Source of the DNA: a virus
DNA length: 64,000 nucleotides
Reading direction: 5' to 3' (one strand)
Virus record (IMG/VR): IMGVR_UViG_3300020034_000010
Span: 7,264-71,263 of that record
The notes beneath the pieces are model-generated. The model was not told the DNA's origin, ran no database searches, and saw only the letters and a program-made list of their open reading frames with translations. Positions 1 through 9,261 of the stretch are shown here, in pieces; position 1 is the first letter of the stretch, and every line of letters starts with the position of its first letter. The position numbers and the translations under genes were made by a program.

Positions 1-103
1 GGCGAACTCGCACAGGGAGGTCAGCGCCCGCTCCTGGTCGCGGCGCCGAGCTTTAGTCAGGGTGTTGTAGCCCTGGTACTCATCGGCAAAGCGGTCGAGC
101 ACG

Positions 104-2749
104 TTACTCATCGTCGATCTCCTCGTCTTCCTCGTCGTCGCGCTCGGGCTCGGCGGTGGAAATGATGTAGTGGCTAATACTCTCGTCAACCGAGACGCCA
201 GCGGCCTGGGCTGCGGCCCGGACCGTCATGCCCTCAAGGTCTACGTCCCTGTCGATGAGATCGGCCAGGAATTTGAGGCTCAGGTCTTCGGGCAGTTCGG
301 GGTCCTTGAGCGTTTTGCGATGTCCCTCCCAGAGGGTCTCGTCGGCGTACTCCTCCATGAAGTCCCGGAACATCTGTTTCTCGGCGTCCTGAAGGATCTG
401 GTCCTCCACACTGTTGCTTGCGAGGTAGAAGACATGGGATAACTCCTGTCCCGCTTCCTCCATCTCTTCCGCCCGTTCGTAGCGTTTCTCCTGCTTGGCG
501 ATGGCCTCGGGGTTGGTGTAGAGGACCTCTCGGCTCTCGCCATACCTCGACCGGCCCTCGGCTTCCCACGGGCGGTTGCCGATGTAGTGGTGGGTCCGTT
601 CGAAGCCACTCCTCTCTTTGACGACCGGCTTGCCTTGTTCACGACTCCATCTGTGGTCAATGCATCCCCACCTACGTTCAACGCGATCATGGTCAACACT
701 GGGATGGCGGGGTACCGTGATCGGGTCAATGCTCCAGACCTCGAAGAGTTCCTGGCGAGCGAAGTAGGTCACAGCGATGCAGTCCTCGGTAATGAGCGAC
801 TTGCCGATCTCTTCTTTCTCGGGGTCAGTCAGGTAGTCACTGAGCGAAGCACCACGCAGCCACGCCTTCCACCGAGCAGAGGAGTAGAAGATTCGCCAGC
901 TCAGTACCGTCCGTGGTGGCATCTTCCAACGCTTGACTTCCTTCTCGACGCCACGTTTTGTGTACACGATGATGCGAACAAAAACGTTCTCGTCATTCTC
1001 CGGCGTCAGCACGACGTGATAGCCATCGGGCCGGCGCCCAATCACCAGTGCGTCCCGGTGGCGTTCTTGCAGTGTCTTGAGCAGCTCCGCCGGGGTTGCC
1101 GTCTTGTCGAGCTTCTTACGCACCACGTACTGGTCAACGATCTCGGTTAGCGCCTTGCGATCGTGCTCGTCGTCGCCAACCAGGGCGCGGTGTTCACGGT
1201 TCTTGAACTTCCACCACTCGACAAGGCCAGGCACGGTGCGTCGGGCGCTTTCGATCGTCTCGCCGTGTTCGGTAACAAGCTGCGCTGCGATCAGCTCGCG
1301 GAAGGGCGCCTCGGCTTGTGCCTCTTCGCGTTTGATTTTGATCGCTGCCTTCAAGAGCGGGAACATGTAGAGGTACTCCGACCTGTCGCTGCGTGCGCGG
1401 AGGTACTCTTCCATCGTCTCGATCTCGGCGAAGTCAATGGCGATGATGAACTTATCCTTCGGGCCAATAAGGACTGAGGCTTTCCGCTTGTAGGGTTCAG
1501 ACCCGTAGTAGGAATACTTCGTGTCGGTACGTTTGTACTTGACCACGAGGTCCTTGCCTGCGCGTCCGTCGATGGTCAGCGGTTCCCATGATCCCTCGGG
1601 AGCGCTGGCTGAGGATGGCCTGAGTCGAGAGTGCCCATAGCGATAGCGCCCCTCTCGGCTGAACGTGTTGGCCTTGTGCCAGATCGGACCTTCGAAGGCG
1701 CCGACGATCCGCATGCCGGGCCGTAGCTCGCTGTTGATTCGCCGGAGCCACTGCTTGAATGGCTCGCGGCCGGTGCCCAGACCCTCCTCTGCGTCCAGGA
1801 TGAATTTCACCTTGCCTTCACGGTGCATCTTGGAGTCGAGAAAGTTGACGCCGAACTCAGGAAGGGGATGGAAGATTGCCGTTCGATCTACGAGCCCCTG
1901 AAGGACAAGACCCATGCGCATGTAGTGGCGCTGTTTGCTCTCCACTTCCTCTTCCGCGCGATCGTGCCTGAAGTCGCCCGGTTCAAGGACCTTGGTCTCA
2001 TACTCGCCGGTGTCGAAGTTGTAGCGGCGTTCCTCGAAGAGCTGAGTGAACTCATCCGCCGGCGGGACCATATGCTCACCCACTGAGAAGTTGGTCCAGA
2101 TGCGATAGAGGCACTCGCCGTTGCGGATGAGGAAGTAGGTGTGCTCGTCGAACTTGCCGGCCTCGTCGTTGGCCCACGCATGACCGTAGTCCTTAGACTC
2201 GGCGTTGCGGGGTCGGATCGCGACGACGCCCTTCTCGTCGGGGATTACCTGTTCGATGTGTCGCTCGTCTTCCATGAGCCACTCGTCGAATCGCTCGACC
2301 TCCTGGAAGTCGATGCCGTTGTTCTCGGGGTCGATCGCGCTCTCTTCGTCCATCGCGAGCACGAGCTGACGTATGTGGATCGGGGTGTCAGCGGGCGCCG
2401 GCTCGCCCTTACGCAAGGTGAGGATCTCCTCGGAGCGGCCAAGGTACAGGTTCACCGTCCAGATTCCCTCTTCGAGTCGCTCGATCATTTCTTGCAACGG
2501 CCCAATGATCTCCAGCGCCTCACTCATGCGCCGGTCTAGCTCTTCCTGCATCTGTTCAGTCAGTGCCTTGACCTCTTGGCGCTTCTTCTCGATGAGCTGC
2601 TTGCGCCGTGCCATCTCTCGCTTGAGGACAGGTGCCGCCTTGCCCACGTGGACAAGCGCCTGCGTAGTCTCACCAGTGTCGTTCAGCAGCTCCTGTGCTT
2701 CGCCGGTGGCTTTCGCAATCTCATCCTGTATGCGGTCGATCTCGGTCAC
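104..2749 (-). CDS. Large hypothetical protein (~881 aa) with N-terminal coiled coil
   Basis: Long ORF. The likely GTG start at 2749 overlaps the TGA of the upstream gene (GTGA). No catalytic motif recognised. Confidence 0.8.
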   Translation of the reverse strand: MTEIDRIQDEIAKATGEAQELLNDTGETTQALVHVGKAAPVLKREMARRKQLIEKKRQEVKALTEQMQEELDRRMSEALEIIGPLQEMIERLEEGIWTVNLYLGRSEEILTLRKGEPAPADTPIHIRQLVLAMDEESAIDPENNGIDFQEVERFDEWLMEDERHIEQVIPDEKGVVAIRPRNAESKDYGHAWANDEAGKFDEHTYFLIRNGECLYRIWTNFSVGEHMVPPADEFTQLFEERRYNFDTGEYETKVLEPGDFRHDRAEEEVESKQRHYMRMGLVLQGLVDRTAIFHPLPEFGVNFLDSKMHREGKVKFILDAEEGLGTGREPFKQWLRRINSELRPGMRIVGAFEGPIWHKANTFSREGRYRYGHSRLRPSSASAPEGSWEPLTIDGRAGKDLVVKYKRTDTKYSYYGSEPYKRKASVLIGPKDKFIIAIDFAEIETMEEYLRARSDRSEYLYMFPLLKAAIKIKREEAQAEAPFRELIAAQLVTEHGETIESARRTVPGLVEWWKFKNREHRALVGDDEHDRKALTEIVDQYVVRKKLDKTATPAELLKTLQERHRDALVIGRRPDGYHVVLTPENDENVFVRIIVYTKRGVEKEVKRWKMPPRTVLSWRIFYSSARWKAWLRGASLSDYLTDPEKEEIGKSLITEDCIAVTYFARQELFEVWSIDPITVPRHPSVDHDRVERRWGCIDHRWSREQGKPVVKERSGFERTHHYIGNRPWEAEGRSRYGESREVLYTNPEAIAKQEKRYERAEEMEEAGQELSHVFYLASNSVEDQILQDAEKQMFRDFMEEYADETLWEGHRKTLKDPELPEDLSLKFLADLIDRDVDLEGMTVRAAAQAAGVSVDESISHYIISTAEPERDDEEDEEIDDE

Positions 2750-3494
2750 TTCAACCTCAGTGCGGCATCGACCGCATCCTTCCGCCTCTTGTAGTACCCC
2801 TCGCAGAAGTCCCACTGTGACCAGTCCTCAACGTCTGCGCCTGAGAACGCTGTCAGCGTTGAGCCTAGCCAGCGCCATATCTCCCAGTGGTCAACTTCGC
2901 GGTCACCGTGGCCATCGGGCGAGGGCGCCAGTTCAGTGCAAATACGGATGCGCCAAGCCGTCTTGCCGTCGTTCGATGGCAGCAGCCAATCGCCGGCGCC
3001 GATCCTGGTCATCGCGTATTTGCGCTCTACTGCCATGGTCTAGACAAACGGAGCGATGGACCCGATCTCGACAAGGTTGCGACCCTCGACCGTGCGCTTT
3101 TGCACAGCGAAGGTGGTCTCATTGTCGAGTCGCTCGGTTAGGTCGTGGTAGATCCCGTAGGGCTTGTCGTTGTAGTCCTCGTGGGGATCGACGATGCAAA
3201 CTTCCGCCTCCGGTTCCTTGAGGCACTCCAGTGCCCAGATGAGTTCACGCACGTTCATACTGAATACTCCTTTCGGCCCCCGCGAGGGCCAATAGTGACG
3301 TGTCGAGTGGCCGACCGTCGGCTCTTGGGCATCCGGGTCACTGTGACCTCGAAATCGGGCTCACCGACCGTGGTTCTGATGCCAATGCGAATAGCCCTAT
3401 CGCCCGCGCGTTTGACGTTGATGATCTCCCTGGTCAGAGCGTCGAGCTGCTTGCCCTTGATGACGTTGCGGTCGATTTTGCCCGTGGGCGTCAT
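2746..3494 (-). CDS. Three small coupled hypothetical genes (2746-3036, 3040-3258, 3255-3494)
   Basis: Abutting or overlapping ORFs with phage-like codon usage. Confidence 0.65.
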
Positions 3495-3889
3495 AGTACG
3501 TTGTCCCCTTGTGGAGTTCCGATGGGTTGCATTAGGTCCATAAAGTTCAGCTCACCGTCGCCCCCGTGGTGCTCCCAGAACTCTTCCTTGGTGGCAAACA
3601 CGTTGTCCCTGTCGGCCGGCCCGCATGCAACCTCGGGGTCCCGGGGTTCCTTCAAGGTGTTGGCTCGGAACGTGGCGGCGCCTTGACATTGGCGAATGTC
3701 CGGGTGCTCCCACTTACCGACCGTGCTGCCCTCCTCACTAACGATGGTCTGGTGGCAGGCGATAGCTATGTCGCTGTCGGCCGCACGCAGCCAGTCGAGT
3801 GGACCCATCGGTCCGAGCCAGCCAGCGGCAGACTTACGTCGCCATGGACAGTCGTTGCAGGGCTTGGGGCAGGCGGGCGGAAGCGGCAT
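3491..3889 (-). CDS. Cys-rich metal-binding protein (DUF6283-like)
   Basis: PCxxCPWR...ACH...QCxG motif pattern. Confidence 0.55.
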   Translation of the reverse strand: MPLPPACPKPCNDCPWRRKSAAGWLGPMGPLDWLRAADSDIAIACHQTIVSEEGSTVGKWEHPDIRQCQGAATFRANTLKEPRDPEVACGPADRDNVFATKEEFWEHHGGDGELNFMDLMQPIGTPQGDNVL

Positions 3890-4131
3890 TAGAGGGAGTG
3901 GTTTGCCTGTCCGAAATTACGCAGACTGTCGCGTACATCGCCGGCGCCGGGCACGCGTAGCTCGACCTCATCGAGTCCGCCAAGCTCCCTGATTGCAGCC
4001 TCGGCAACGAGGAAAACGTCGTCGTCGTCGCCAGTCATGGCATCGCGAAGCTCCTCGGCCTGTTCTGCGGGTACGGAGACCTCGACACTGAACGTGGCCA
4101 TCCCACCCCGAATCGTTACATCACTCATCAC
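3889..4131 (-). CDS. Small acidic hypothetical protein
   Basis: ORF coupled to both neighbours. Confidence 0.6.
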   Translation of the reverse strand: MMSDVTIRGGMATFSVEVSVPAEQAEELRDAMTGDDDDVFLVAEAAIRELGGLDEVELRVPGAGDVRDSLRNFGQANHSL

Positions 4132-5203
4132 ACAGCTCCTTTGCTCGTTGAATGCCGGCGTCGGTCAGTACGCGACCTTGCCCGATCTGTACATACCCCT
4201 TCTCGATGAGATAGGGCTCGACTCGTAGAGCGATCGCCTTTGAGTCGCGGCTCTTTCCGATACCCGTGGCGATGGTGTTGACGCTCGCGCGGTAGCTGAC
4301 GCCGCCGCTCTGCGTCTCCCGCCTGCTCTTGGTGTAGAGGAAGATCAACATGTTCTGCATGTCGAGCGTAAGCCCATCGTCGGTGACGCCGTTCAGCTCG
4401 TGGAGGACCTCGCGCGCGGTGTCGGCGTCAACAACGTCGTCGCAGAGCATCCCAGCGTTCTTCACGTAGTTGTTCACCTGCCGCGGCACACCACGAGCGG
4501 CGCCGGCGAACAGCTCGGCCGCGGTCGGGACGACGACGAGCCCCAGCTTGTCACCGTTCCAGCGCGCCATGCCGGCCAACGCCGCCTCATCGTAGGGCTC
4601 AAGCCTCGGGCGAAGCGGGAAGCGCGCCAAGAACGGATCAGGCAACAGCCCCTCATCCGTGGTGGTGCCGATGATCGTGATGTCCGGGAAGTCGAGCAAG
4701 CCGTTGCCAGCCGGCATCACCCGGTCCTCCATGATCGCGTAGAGAACCTCGGGTTGAGTCGAGCCGCTGATCCCGCGGCGTTCCATGACGCCCTGCTGGT
4801 GGATCTCCTCAATTCGGAGAATGTCACCGTCTCTCATTACCTGCCGCAGTTCAAGCAGTGTGTCGCGCGAGACGGGCGCCTCGACCTCGAATACCTCGGC
4901 ATCGAGTTCATGGGCGATGACGTGAGAGAACGTACTCTTGCCGGTGCCGGCAGACCCGACCAGGAGCACGTGGTCTAGCGACCGGTGACGCCGCTTGCAG
5001 GTCTCGACTACGCGGGTCATCATCGCGACCGCTTTCTCCTGCCCGATGACCTCAGCGAAGGTTTCCGGGCGCAGCACATTCTTAGAGCGCTCATCGGTTG
5101 AGACGGCGCGCGGTGCGTCGATCAGCGCCTCGCCTCCACCGTGAGTAGAGGCAAGCTCGGCTATCTCGGCGCGTAGGTTGGCGTTGGTACTGAGCGTGCT
5201 CAT
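4121..5203 (-). CDS. ruvB: RuvB-like Holliday junction branch-migration AAA+ ATPase
   Basis: LRPETFAEVIGQ N-terminus, Walker A GSAGTGKS, Walker B-like LRIEEIH, IGTTT sensor 1, ARF arginine finger, RGVPR sensor 2, EPYLI..GY C-terminal winged helix. Confidence 0.88.
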   Translation of the reverse strand: MSTLSTNANLRAEIAELASTHGGGEALIDAPRAVSTDERSKNVLRPETFAEVIGQEKAVAMMTRVVETCKRRHRSLDHVLLVGSAGTGKSTFSHVIAHELDAEVFEVEAPVSRDTLLELRQVMRDGDILRIEEIHQQGVMERRGISGSTQPEVLYAIMEDRVMPAGNGLLDFPDITIIGTTTDEGLLPDPFLARFPLRPRLEPYDEAALAGMARWNGDKLGLVVVPTAAELFAGAARGVPRQVNNYVKNAGMLCDDVVDADTAREVLHELNGVTDDGLTLDMQNMLIFLYTKSRRETQSGGVSYRASVNTIATGIGKSRDSKAIALRVEPYLIEKGYVQIGQGRVLTDAGIQRAKELCDE

Positions 5204-5613
5204 TCGAAGCGGCGAAGGTAGTGGGGATGATTGAACAGGAAGAACAAATGTGCACGGCAGGTCTTAGGCATCGAGACGGCGTGATAGTCCCAATCGTTGT
5301 TGAGCAGCGCGAAGACGTTGAACATAAGTAGGCACGCTGCGCCAAACTCATGCGGTGCGGCAATGCGACGAGAGACGTTGATGTAACACGGTTCAGGTTC
5401 AGCGGGCGCCGACGATTCGCCGGTTCCGGCCAGTTCGGCTTCGCTGACGATCTCAACGTCGATCGATGTACACAGCGCCGGCGCTCCCCAATTCTGCTCG
5501 GCCAGCCGATAGGCATAGCTGACCGAAGGCGAAGGGGGAGCCGCCGCCGCGGTGCCGGTGTAAAGGGCGAGAGAGAAGACGATGGGCAGGAGGATCTTGC
5601 TAGCTCGCAACAC
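5200..5613 (-). CDS. Secreted protein with signal peptide
   Basis: Basic N-terminus, hydrophobic stretch, then AAAA cleavage-like site; several Cys. Confidence 0.6.
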   Translation of the reverse strand: MLRASKILLPIVFSLALYTGTAAAAPPSPSVSYAYRLAEQNWGAPALCTSIDVEIVSEAELAGTGESSAPAEPEPCYINVSRRIAAPHEFGAACLLMFNVFALLNNDWDYHAVSMPKTCRAHLFFLFNHPHYLRRFE

Positions 5614-5872
5614 TGCCGGCCTCCTGCTCGATCTCGGCGCGCACCTTCGCGAGCCGCTCGATGTCCTCGGCGCAGCACGCTCGGTTGCGCTCGCTGTTGT
5701 AGCGGCGCGCCTTGCGAATGAGCCCGGGGCAGTTCTTTTCGACGTAGACCTCAGAGAGCGGCGGCGTCTCTTCCATGAATCGGACGGTCAACGCTGACCG
5801 CTCGGAAGCCGAGAGTTTGTCGCGGATCGCCCGCGCCTCTTGCAGCGTGCGTTTCTCAGTCCACTGTGTCAT
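5600..5872 (-). CDS. Hypothetical protein
   Basis: Coupled ORF (TAATG junction with the upstream gene). Confidence 0.6.
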   Translation of the reverse strand: MTQWTEKRTLQEARAIRDKLSASERSALTVRFMEETPPLSEVYVEKNCPGLIRKARRYNSERNRACCAEDIERLAKVRAEIEQEAGSVAS

Positions 5873-7089
5873 TACTTGTCGCTCCGAAGGCGAACCTTTG
5901 TGTCACAGTCATAGTAGGCGTGTGTGCCCTCATCGTCTTCGACCTCTACCGATCCTTGGACCGGTCCGTAGCCGACGCAGGTGAAGAATCTCCCGCTTCG
6001 ATCTTCGAATTCGCGACCGTGCTCGATTCGGTCGAGCCTCATTACGTCGTCGTGGAAGTTGCCGTCTGCGTCCCCGGTGAACTCCTCGATCTTGACTTCA
6101 CCGAAGGGCTCGGGCTCGGGGTCGCCAGCCATGCCATTGGGCGAAGAGGGTGTGTCTTCGCTACGTGGAGCGTAGGACTGTGTGTCTTCTAGTTTCTGCT
6201 TCGCGACTTCGAGATTCCCAAACCGCCAGCCCTCTGGGTCATCGTTTTCTTTGGCCTCCCTAATGGCACCGTCAATCCACGCGAGAGTTGCGCTGCGTCC
6301 GTGGGAACGCAGGTGGGCGGCGGCGTCAGAGAGTCCATTCTCTTCGAACTCATCGGCAAGTGAACCGTAGGTCGGGATGCCCATCTGCTCGGCAACCCAA
6401 TCGGCCGCGGGTCCGCCGAACTGGTCCCAGAGACGGTCGGCGTCGATCTTGGTGAGGTCGAAGTCTGACGGTATGTGCTCGCGATTCACGAGCACATCCA
6501 GTAGGACGTTCAGGAAGCACCGGTCGGTGTGTCCGTCGAGCGGCGTCCGCGGATCGATCTTGTTGCCGCAGTTCGGGCATTCGACGGGCTCGCGATGTTC
6601 CTCGCCGGCCTCCAGGAGCGCGGCGTAGAACTGCTGCTTGTATCCGCCGGCGCCCTCGATGCCTTGCTCGATCTCGAACGCGAAGGCAAGGAAGCGGTCA
6701 CGCAGGTCCACGTCTTCCTCGCCCGGGTCAATCAGCTCGGAGCCGGGGATATTCTCGGTGCCGGCGACGGCAAGCCATCCGCCGGAGCGGCCGGCCTGAT
6801 AGATCGTCTCGAAACCGTGATCCTTCGCGAGCTGCTCGGCCCAGTGCCAGAAGTCGTGTTGCACCTGCTCGTAGATACGCTGCGTCTCAGCGTCTCCGAT
6901 CTTCTTGGCCGCAGCTTGTGACGCAAGCGGGTACTGATGGATCGTGTCGTGATCCTTTACGTCAATCGCGAGAAGTCCATCCTTCTCATTGATAATGACG
7001 CCAAGGGAGCGATCATCCCAGCGGACGCGGAGATCGTGTCCCTGAAAGTAAGCGTTTGCGGAAGTGCCGAAGGTGTACTGCGTGTCCAT
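5872..7089 (-). CDS. Multi-domain acidic hypothetical protein
   Basis: 405 aa; GRSGGWL motif; CPNCG zinc knuckle; GAGG RBS before the ATG. Confidence 0.75.
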   Translation of the reverse strand: MDTQYTFGTSANAYFQGHDLRVRWDDRSLGVIINEKDGLLAIDVKDHDTIHQYPLASQAAAKKIGDAETQRIYEQVQHDFWHWAEQLAKDHGFETIYQAGRSGGWLAVAGTENIPGSELIDPGEEDVDLRDRFLAFAFEIEQGIEGAGGYKQQFYAALLEAGEEHREPVECPNCGNKIDPRTPLDGHTDRCFLNVLLDVLVNREHIPSDFDLTKIDADRLWDQFGGPAADWVAEQMGIPTYGSLADEFEENGLSDAAAHLRSHGRSATLAWIDGAIREAKENDDPEGWRFGNLEVAKQKLEDTQSYAPRSEDTPSSPNGMAGDPEPEPFGEVKIEEFTGDADGNFHDDVMRLDRIEHGREFEDRSGRFFTCVGYGPVQGSVEVEDDEGTHAYYDCDTKVRLRSDK

Positions 7090-7102
7090 GATTTACCTCT
7101 GC

Positions 7103-7148
7103 GGTCTCGTTTGTCCTGCGTTCAGAGGATATACCGCGACCGGGGAAC
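7103..7148 (-). promoter_or_regulatory. Conserved upstream element, copy A (GTTCCCC-N5-CGGT...TATCC...CAAACGAGAC)
   Basis: Near-duplicate at 7782-7820; both precede leftward ORFs. Confidence 0.55.
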
Positions 7149-7169
7149 TGTAGCGCAAGGTGGCCGGTT

Positions 7170-7577
7170 TTAGTCGGCGGGCCAGAAACGCGCTGCAAGC
7201 TCGGAATATCCCAGCTCGGGGAATGAACGCATCAGGCCAGCTCGTGCCTGTTCAGCGTCACAGCCGGTCTGTTCGATGACCAGCTCCGCGGTGAGGAAGT
7301 CGGTGTCCGCTTGGCGAATGCGTAGGATCGCCGCGTCTATCTCCCGTTCAGCGGAGATCAGATCGCGCGCTAGTTCAGCTCTCAGAGCCTCGTGAAGACT
7401 CATCGCCGGCGACCGCCCAAGCGTGTTCGATTCGCCATGGAATTGCAGCGCTATAAGGATCGTGTCCATGTCGCCGGGAGATATCGTCCAATTCTCCCCG
7501 GCCGCTCTACCATGCGAATCTCGCGTGATTCTGCGCATCTGCGGTTCAGCGGCATTTGTGGGCTCTGAAACCGCCAT
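7170..7577 (-). CDS. Hypothetical protein
   Basis: 135-aa ORF. Confidence 0.5.
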   Translation of the reverse strand: MAVSEPTNAAEPQMRRITRDSHGRAAGENWTISPGDMDTILIALQFHGESNTLGRSPAMSLHEALRAELARDLISAEREIDAAILRIRQADTDFLTAELVIEQTGCDAEQARAGLMRSFPELGYSELAARFWPAD

Positions 7578-7747
7578 TACAAGCCACGGTTCAGGGTTTT
7601 GCGAAAGGTCGAACTAAGGTGGTGGCGTGGCCGGCGCATCTCACGCAGGGAAACCGCGACCGCCAAGCCCGCCACGGGAAGCGTTAGTGCCAATGAAACA
7701 GCGGCACTGTTGCTAATCGTGTGGGCTTGGCTTTCTATCGCGGTCAT
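7577..7747 (-). CDS. Possible 56-aa peptide with hydrophobic core
   Basis: MTAIESQ...AVSLALTLPVAGLAVAVSL...; its TAA overlaps the next ATG; overlaps a long stem-loop. Confidence 0.3.
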   Translation of the reverse strand: MTAIESQAHTISNSAAVSLALTLPVAGLAVAVSLREMRRPRHHLSSTFRKTLNRGL

Positions 7748-7781
7748 GGACACAGCACTTAGGAAGTGCGAAACGGAAACC

Positions 7782-7820
7782 GTCTCGCGTTTGTCGCAGG
7801 GATAACCGCGACGGGGGAAC
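7782..7820 (-). promoter_or_regulatory. Conserved upstream element, copy B
   Basis: GTTCCCCCGTCGCGGTTATCC...GACAAACGCGAGAC on the minus strand. Confidence 0.55.
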
Positions 7821-7926
7821 GCTTGAGACGTGCGCCGCGTTAGTACATATGTCTACAGGACTTGATATCTGCGATTACCTGCCGATAATGCATACATGGA
7901 CGCAAACGCATACAAAGGAAGTCACA

Positions 7927-8595
7927 ATGTCAAACGCACTTATTAGAGACATGGCCGCGCAGGAAGCGGCCGACCACGGTAGCCACGGTTACCATGGGGA
8001 CCACGCCGGCGCCGAGCTGCTGAAGCTTTGCGCGAAAGCCGTAAGGATCGGCGCGCGCAGAGAAGAGCGGGAATTCAGCTTGCCGGCCATCTCCGCCGAT
8101 GAGCGGGAGGAATACACAAATGAGCTTGCCGCGCGCTTGATTGGCGAACATGGCGGCTTGCCTGACATCGAGAGCATTGGCGCTGGCTATCTCGCCAAGC
8201 GTGCTAGCGGGCTCGTGTTGAACGATAAGAGCCGGCGCGCGATCGACACGGGAGAACCGGGAGCGGCCGAGCCGGGAGCTGATACGCGGCTTGACGGTCC
8301 ATTGTCCATACCTGCCGATGTTGAAGCGGTCGCGGAGCTGCTAGGGCTTGGGGAGACTGCAACTAAGGCTCTAGCCGCTGCCATGGTGCCGGCGACACGC
8401 TCCGAATGGGCGGCGCACTTTGGGTACGCCAGTGCGGACTCGTGGCGCGTCATGGCGCGCCGTGGGCGAGCTGAGCTCGTGTCGATAGGTCCGGATGCCA
8501 TCCGCGCAGCTCTGGCGCGCGTGGAAGCGGAGAAGGCGAAGCGAATTGAAGCCGAGCAGGTAGACATTCGCGCACTGATTGAGGAGGCTCGATAA
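7927..8595 (+). CDS. Divergent sigma70/ECF-like factor (putative)
   Basis: Region-2-like EREEYTNELAARL and GYLAKRASGLVLNDKSRR; region-4-like TRSEWAAHFGYASADSWRVMARRGRAEL; AAGGAA RBS before ATG 7927. Confidence 0.5.
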   Translation: MSNALIRDMAAQEAADHGSHGYHGDHAGAELLKLCAKAVRIGARREEREFSLPAISADEREEYTNELAARLIGEHGGLPDIESIGAGYLAKRASGLVLNDKSRRAIDTGEPGAAEPGADTRLDGPLSIPADVEAVAELLGLGETATKALAAAMVPATRSEWAAHFGYASADSWRVMARRGRAELVSIGPDAIRAALARVEAEKAKRIEAEQVDIRALIEEAR

Positions 8596-9077
8596 TGCAT
8601 TACGTCGATACAATAGGCGACATTGAACATCTCAATTCCGGCATCGGTCATCATTTCTTCGACACTGACACAATGCGTTTCTTCGCGTCACGTGTCCACG
8701 AGCCGGTTATCTCTCAACGTTTCTTTATCACGTCTGAGGAGCGCGGATTTGACGATAACAAACGTGAGTCACATATCCGCATGGTGCGGAATGATGGCAG
8801 GATCGAAACGTTGCACATTGATGATGAACGTGCGACGTATGACACGCCGGCCAAGGCACGCAAAGCCCTAGAACGGGCTCTAGAAGCTGGCACTAGCGTG
8901 CGTTTTGATCTCTATGAGATGGACGCCGCGACCCTATCCGGCAGGACTGAGAGAGAGATCCTGCGTAACTTCTATTGGCGCGCGTGGGTGGGACGGCTTG
9001 GCATCGGTAGCCGGACCGATAGGACCGATGCGCGGCGCATGGCCAAGGAAGCCGGCGAACCTTGCCCAATCGGATAA
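8595..9077 (+). CDS. Phage early-region family protein (HFFD..TMRFF.SR motif)
   Basis: Motif recalled from other phage proteins of unknown function. Confidence 0.65.
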   Translation: MHYVDTIGDIEHLNSGIGHHFFDTDTMRFFASRVHEPVISQRFFITSEERGFDDNKRESHIRMVRNDGRIETLHIDDERATYDTPAKARKALERALEAGTSVRFDLYEMDAATLSGRTEREILRNFYWRAWVGRLGIGSRTDRTDARRMAKEAGEPCPIG

Positions 9078-9125
9078 ACGTTTAGACCGCTTGCAAACGC
9101 GACACGAGTAGCGGAAACTAATCCC

Positions 9126-9251
9126 ATGGACACGTTGAGACTTATCGCCATAGGAATATGCATTCTGTTGCTCGTGTCGCTTATCCACGGCGCGGTAGAT
9201 CCCGGCGCCGCGCATACGGCGCGACAGAACGCAATAGAACTTACGGAATAG
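9126..9251 (+). CDS. 41-aa membrane peptide (leaderless)
   Basis: MDTLRLIAIGICILLLVSLIHG...; ATG lies 6 nt after TTGCAA-17-GAAACT. Confidence 0.5.
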   Translation: MDTLRLIAIGICILLLVSLIHGAVDPGAAHTARQNAIELTE

Positions 9252-9261
9252 AAAGGCAACA

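Noticed and set aside
7127-7820. GTTCCCC...CGG...ATCC copies resemble type I-E CRISPR repeats or solitary repeat units
   Set aside because: Only two copies ~670 bp apart, no GGGG arm to form the repeat hairpin, no spacer periodicity and no cas genes; better read as promoter elements.
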